From IMG/VR virus record IMGVR_UViG_3300031784_002315, positions 56,349 through 76,348 of that record: 20,000 nt of DNA. The stretch is one strand, 5' to 3'. Below, piece by piece: positions 17,111 through 20,000 of this stretch (its first letter is position 1; every line of letters starts with the position of its first letter). A program made the position numbers and the translations under genes. This stretch comes from an uncultured virus (IMG/VR IMGVR_UViG_3300031784_002315) (Duplodnaviria; Heunggongvirae; Uroviricota; Caudoviricetes). The notes under the pieces were generated by a model. That model was not told the DNA's origin and searched no databases. It worked only from the letters and a program-made list of their open reading frames with translations.

Positions 17111-18187
17111 TTATCTCTTTGAAAATTCTTTAAATTTATCATTGTCTTTTAAATTAAACGTTGTAAAATAATTAAAATCCTTTTTCACTAGATTAGCATT
17201 TTCAATTAGTAATTTTACTGAGTCGCTAACTGATTGGCGTTTAACTAATTTGTATAATGCTTTGTAGTTGTGATCAATCTTTGGTTTTAGTATTTTATAT
17301 AAATCGTTAGGATCATAATTTAATATTTTTTTAGTTTCATACATCATTGCTTCGCATCGTTCTTTCCCGTCATTATACTCATCATTTGGAATATTATCAA
17401 AAGAATAATCAAATATTTCATCAAACAGTACAAATCCCTGTGTTTGTAAAAATTTATAAAAATATTGAGCAGCATAAACTATAAATGGTCTTTTGTGATA
17501 AATTGGAATATAAATCTTTTCTGTTGTTTTTAGAATTTGATCGCTTGATTCAGAAATAACACTAAACAAACTTGATTTAAATTGTTTCTCCGGAGGTAGC
17601 ATTATATCCAGAATTCCGTCTGTACTATTAATCCAATTTTCATCAAAATTGATAATCTTAGGTTTCCAGTATTTGAACTTATACGAGTAGTCCCAATTGT
17701 CAGCGTTGTGCCAACTTACATAACCGTGATTAAATAGTCCTTCCTTGTACATAGTATCAACAAACATACATCTCCAATTGTGTGCTCTAGCGTTCAATGA
17801 AATAAAATGTTTATCGATTTTTTCGTTGTGTTCAAAAGGTTTTATGTTTCTTTCCATGTAGTACTGTAGCACTTGATACGCAAAATAAGAATCCCAAAAA
17901 ACAAAATTTTTTTGATTTTTGTATGGCCATAATGAATTTAATCTAGAATCTTCTACAGCTGATGTTAGAATAATATGTTCTTTGTTTAATCTTTTTAATT
18001 CTGTTGCAAGGTCTTTGTATTGACCTAGATTAGTAAAAAAATTAGCAAATTCATGTTCTTCAGGACCAAAAAAAACAATTCTCTTTATTTCTGGTATCGA
18101 ATTAACCGCACACATCAAATCTTCTTTTTCTTCGGGTCCCCAAGCAAAATAATAATAGTCAGATCCTACTAGATATTTTTTTGTCAT
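17111..18187 (-). CDS. 'TEK-motif' putative glycosyltransferase, tandem paralog of 18239..19282
   Basis: 358 aa; FGPEEHE, KHFISLNARAHNWRCMF, GYVSWHN, SLFSVISES, TTEKIYIPIYHKRPFI, GFVLFDEIFDYSFD. Confidence 0.5.
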   Translation of the reverse strand: MTKKYLVGSDYYYFAWGPEEKEDLMCAVNSIPEIKRIVFFGPEEHEFANFFTNLGQYKDLATELKRLNKEHIILTSAVEDSRLNSLWPYKNQKNFVFWDSYFAYQVLQYYMERNIKPFEHNEKIDKHFISLNARAHNWRCMFVDTMYKEGLFNHGYVSWHNADNWDYSYKFKYWKPKIINFDENWINSTDGILDIMLPPEKQFKSSLFSVISESSDQILKTTEKIYIPIYHKRPFIVYAAQYFYKFLQTQGFVLFDEIFDYSFDNIPNDEYNDGKERCEAMMYETKKILNYDPNDLYKILKPKIDHNYKALYKLVKRQSVSDSVKLLIENANLVKKDFNYFTTFNLKDNDKFKEFSKR

Positions 18188-18189
18188 TA

Positions 18190-18234
18190 TTATTGACCAA
18201 TAAATCCGCTTGCACCTGTTAAAAATATTTTCAT
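18190..18234 (-). pseudogene. 14-codon remnant of the epimerase 5' end (MKIFLTGASGFIGQ*)
   Basis: 18193-18234 matches 17004-17045 at 38/42 nt, with a 26-nt identical core; followed by TAATAATG running into the next start codon. Confidence 0.85.
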
Positions 18235-18238
18235 ATTG

Positions 18239-19282
18239 TTATGTGTCCTTATTGATTAAATTTAAAAAATCTTTTGTATTACTGATATTTAACACATTTC
18301 TATAAAGATCAAATCTTTCGTGAGTGCCATTTTCAATTGTACGTCTTACTTCCTTTGGTATTAACTTTTTATTTTCTACAATTTTTAGTAAATTATTAAA
18401 GTTATGTTCAACCTTTGTAATTGATTTTTTTCTAAGTTTTTCTATATTAGTATTACAAAGTTTTGCAACTTCTTTCATAAGCATATCACATCTTTTTTCG
18501 TCGTCGTCTACTGAGTCAAAGGAATAGTCTATAATTTCATCGAACAACATAAATCCTAAAGATTTTAAATATTGATGTATATAAGGAGCGCCAAATATAA
18601 TAAACGGCCGTTTATGATATATTGGTAGATAAGTTTTTTCTGTTACAAAAATAGTTTGTAAGTTTGATTCTGAGATAATACTAAACAGACTATCTTTAAA
18701 TTCAATCGGTACTGTATACATGTCATAAAAACCATTAGATGGGTTGACCCAGTTTTTATCAAAATTTAATTTTTTAGGTGCCCACCATTTAAAATCGTAT
18801 GGGTATTGCCAATTCTCAGAATTATGCCAACTTATATAACCTTTATCAAACAAATTGTACTTGTACATATAATCAATAAACATGCATCTCCACGGATGAG
18901 CTCTTCCATTCATTGAAGTAAAATGTTTATTAATTACATTATTATGTCCATAAGGGGATGCTTTAAGATATAAAATATGTTGAATTACAAAATTTGCAAA
19001 AAACGTATGCCATGGATTTAAATTTTTAAAATCTTTAAATTGGTATCTGTAATTTAAAATACTGTTAGTCGGTGCACCTAAAATCATTTTTAAGTTAACA
19101 TTATGATAATCTAGAAATCTTTTAAACATTACAAATTCTGTGTCGTGAAATGCAAATCCTATTTCGTGTTCTTCAGGACCAAAAATTACAATGTCTGTAT
19201 ATGAGTTATCTTTTTCAAGTTCATTTACTATGTTTTCTAATCCAAACTCGCCCCAGACAAAATGATAAAATGTTTTAGACAT
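18239..19282 (-). CDS. 'TEK-motif' putative glycosyltransferase
   Basis: 347 aa; FGPEEHE, KHFTSMNGRAHPWRCMF, GYISWHN, SLFSIISES, FVTEKTYLPIYHKRPFIIFG, GFMLFDEIIDYSFD; AGAAAGGT upstream. Confidence 0.5.
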   Translation of the reverse strand: MSKTFYHFVWGEFGLENIVNELEKDNSYTDIVIFGPEEHEIGFAFHDTEFVMFKRFLDYHNVNLKMILGAPTNSILNYRYQFKDFKNLNPWHTFFANFVIQHILYLKASPYGHNNVINKHFTSMNGRAHPWRCMFIDYMYKYNLFDKGYISWHNSENWQYPYDFKWWAPKKLNFDKNWVNPSNGFYDMYTVPIEFKDSLFSIISESNLQTIFVTEKTYLPIYHKRPFIIFGAPYIHQYLKSLGFMLFDEIIDYSFDSVDDDEKRCDMLMKEVAKLCNTNIEKLRKKSITKVEHNFNNLLKIVENKKLIPKEVRRTIENGTHERFDLYRNVLNISNTKDFLNLINKDT

Positions 19283-19293
19283 ATAAACCTTTC

Positions 19294-19301
19294 TATAAAT
19301 A
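19294..19301 (+). promoter_or_regulatory. TATAAATA, exact T4 late-promoter consensus
   Basis: TATAAATA at 19294-19301, 4 nt before ATG 19306, in a divergent intergenic region. Confidence 0.6.
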
Positions 19302-19305
19302 TATT

Positions 19306-19893
19306 ATGTTCGATATAATTAATAAATTTGAAAATAAAATTGCAAAATTCTTTGGTTCAAAATTTGCTGTTTCAACAGATTGCTGTACTCACGCAATTGA
19401 GATGTGTTTAATTTATAACAAAATTCAAAATATATCAATTCCAAATCGTACTTATTTATCAGTGCCCATGACTGCAAAAAAATTAAACATTAGGTGGCAA
19501 TGGCAAGACAATCCTTGGGAACATTATTATAAACTATCAGACAATATTTATGATGCTGCTGTATTATGGAAACAAAATAGTTATATACCTAATACGTTTA
19601 TGTGTTTGAGTTTTCAGTTTAAAAAACATTTAAGTCTTGGGAGAGGTGGAATGATTTTAACTGACAACGAATCTGCATATCATGATTTAATAAAACTAAG
19701 TTATGATGGTAGATCTCGTGATCTACCTTGGGCGGAACAAGACATCGACAGTTTTGGGTATCATTATTATATGACTCCAGAAACTGCTCAATTAGGCTTA
19801 GATAAATTAGATACAGCAATAAACACAATTCCAAAAACATGGAGTTGGCAAGATTATCCTGATTTAAGAAATATGTCAATCTTCGTTCAATGA
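19306..19893 (+). CDS. Short DegT/DnrJ/EryC1/StrS-family PLP-dependent aminotransferase-like protein
   Basis: 195 aa; FENKIAKFFGSKFAVSTDCCTHAI, IYDAA (PLP Asp), LSFQFKKHLSLGRGGMILTD (PLP Lys region), GYHYYM. Confidence 0.82.
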   Translation: MFDIINKFENKIAKFFGSKFAVSTDCCTHAIEMCLIYNKIQNISIPNRTYLSVPMTAKKLNIRWQWQDNPWEHYYKLSDNIYDAAVLWKQNSYIPNTFMCLSFQFKKHLSLGRGGMILTDNESAYHDLIKLSYDGRSRDLPWAEQDIDSFGYHYYMTPETAQLGLDKLDTAINTIPKTWSWQDYPDLRNMSIFVQ

Positions 19894-20000
19894 AGGATAA
19901 TTTCTTATAGAAAAAAGTTTTTTGTAATTTAATTTCATTAAGACAGTAATTTTGTCAAGTACTTGTTGAAAATTATCAGTTTCTTTTATTGAATTTTCTA
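19876..20000 (-). CDS. 3' end of a gene entering from the right edge (possibly another TEK-family protein)
   Basis: Open frame ENSIKETDNFQQVLDKITVLMKLNYKKLFSIRNYPSLNED* with TGA at 19878-19876; LNYKKL resembles the HNYKAL/HNFNNL/KNYKII tails of the TEK paralogs. Confidence 0.45.
   Translation of the reverse strand, partial: ENSIKETDNFQQVLDKITVLMKLNYKKLFSIRNYPSLNED

Noticed and set aside
17004..18234. Transposon target-site duplication or att sites around gene 17111..18187
   Set aside because: No transposase, integrase or inverted repeats. The repeat is coding sequence with mostly synonymous differences, better explained by duplication or recombination.
2780..19879. Short track ORFs (2780, 3543, 4706, 7018, 7236, 10294, 10976, 13976, 14209, 15119, 18324, 19619)
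   Set aside because: All lie antisense within longer genes and have no recognisable motifs; treated as spurious.
1..20000. CRISPR array, tRNA/rRNA, intron/intein, alternative genetic code
   Set aside because: No periodic repeats or RNA-gene-sized gaps were seen (largest intergenic gap 65 nt); ORFs tile the window under the standard code without interruptions.

Overview
AT-rich, gene-dense window with bacterial-type translation signals, most likely an accessory enzyme island of a large (T4-related or jumbo) bacteriophage. That origin is inferred from TAAATA late-promoter-like boxes and the gene content; no hallmark phage gene is present. The window holds about 23 tightly packed CDSs. Seven are radical SAM enzymes with SPASM/twitch-like Cys motifs, six of which form two mirror-image paralogous triads. 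Five are 2OG-Fe(II)/cupin hydroxylase-like proteins, including a cold-shock-domain/prolyl-4-hydroxylase fusion missed by the ORF track (1..859, minus strand, truncated). The rest are a QueC-like PP-loop ATPase, a degenerate kinase-fold protein, a methyltransferase-like protein, an NDP-sugar epimerase/dehydratase, a shortened DegT-type aminotransferase, three (perhaps four) paralogous 'TEK-motif' putative glycosyltransferases and two orphans. Five of the six genes heading divergent transcription units have TAAATA 4-5 nt before the ATG. A 14-codon copy of the epimerase 5' end sits between two glycosyltransferase-like paralogs and looks like a duplication or recombination scar. Overall this looks like an uncharacterised, probably late-expressed macromolecule modification/glycosylation system. 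Its substrate cannot be determined from the sequence.
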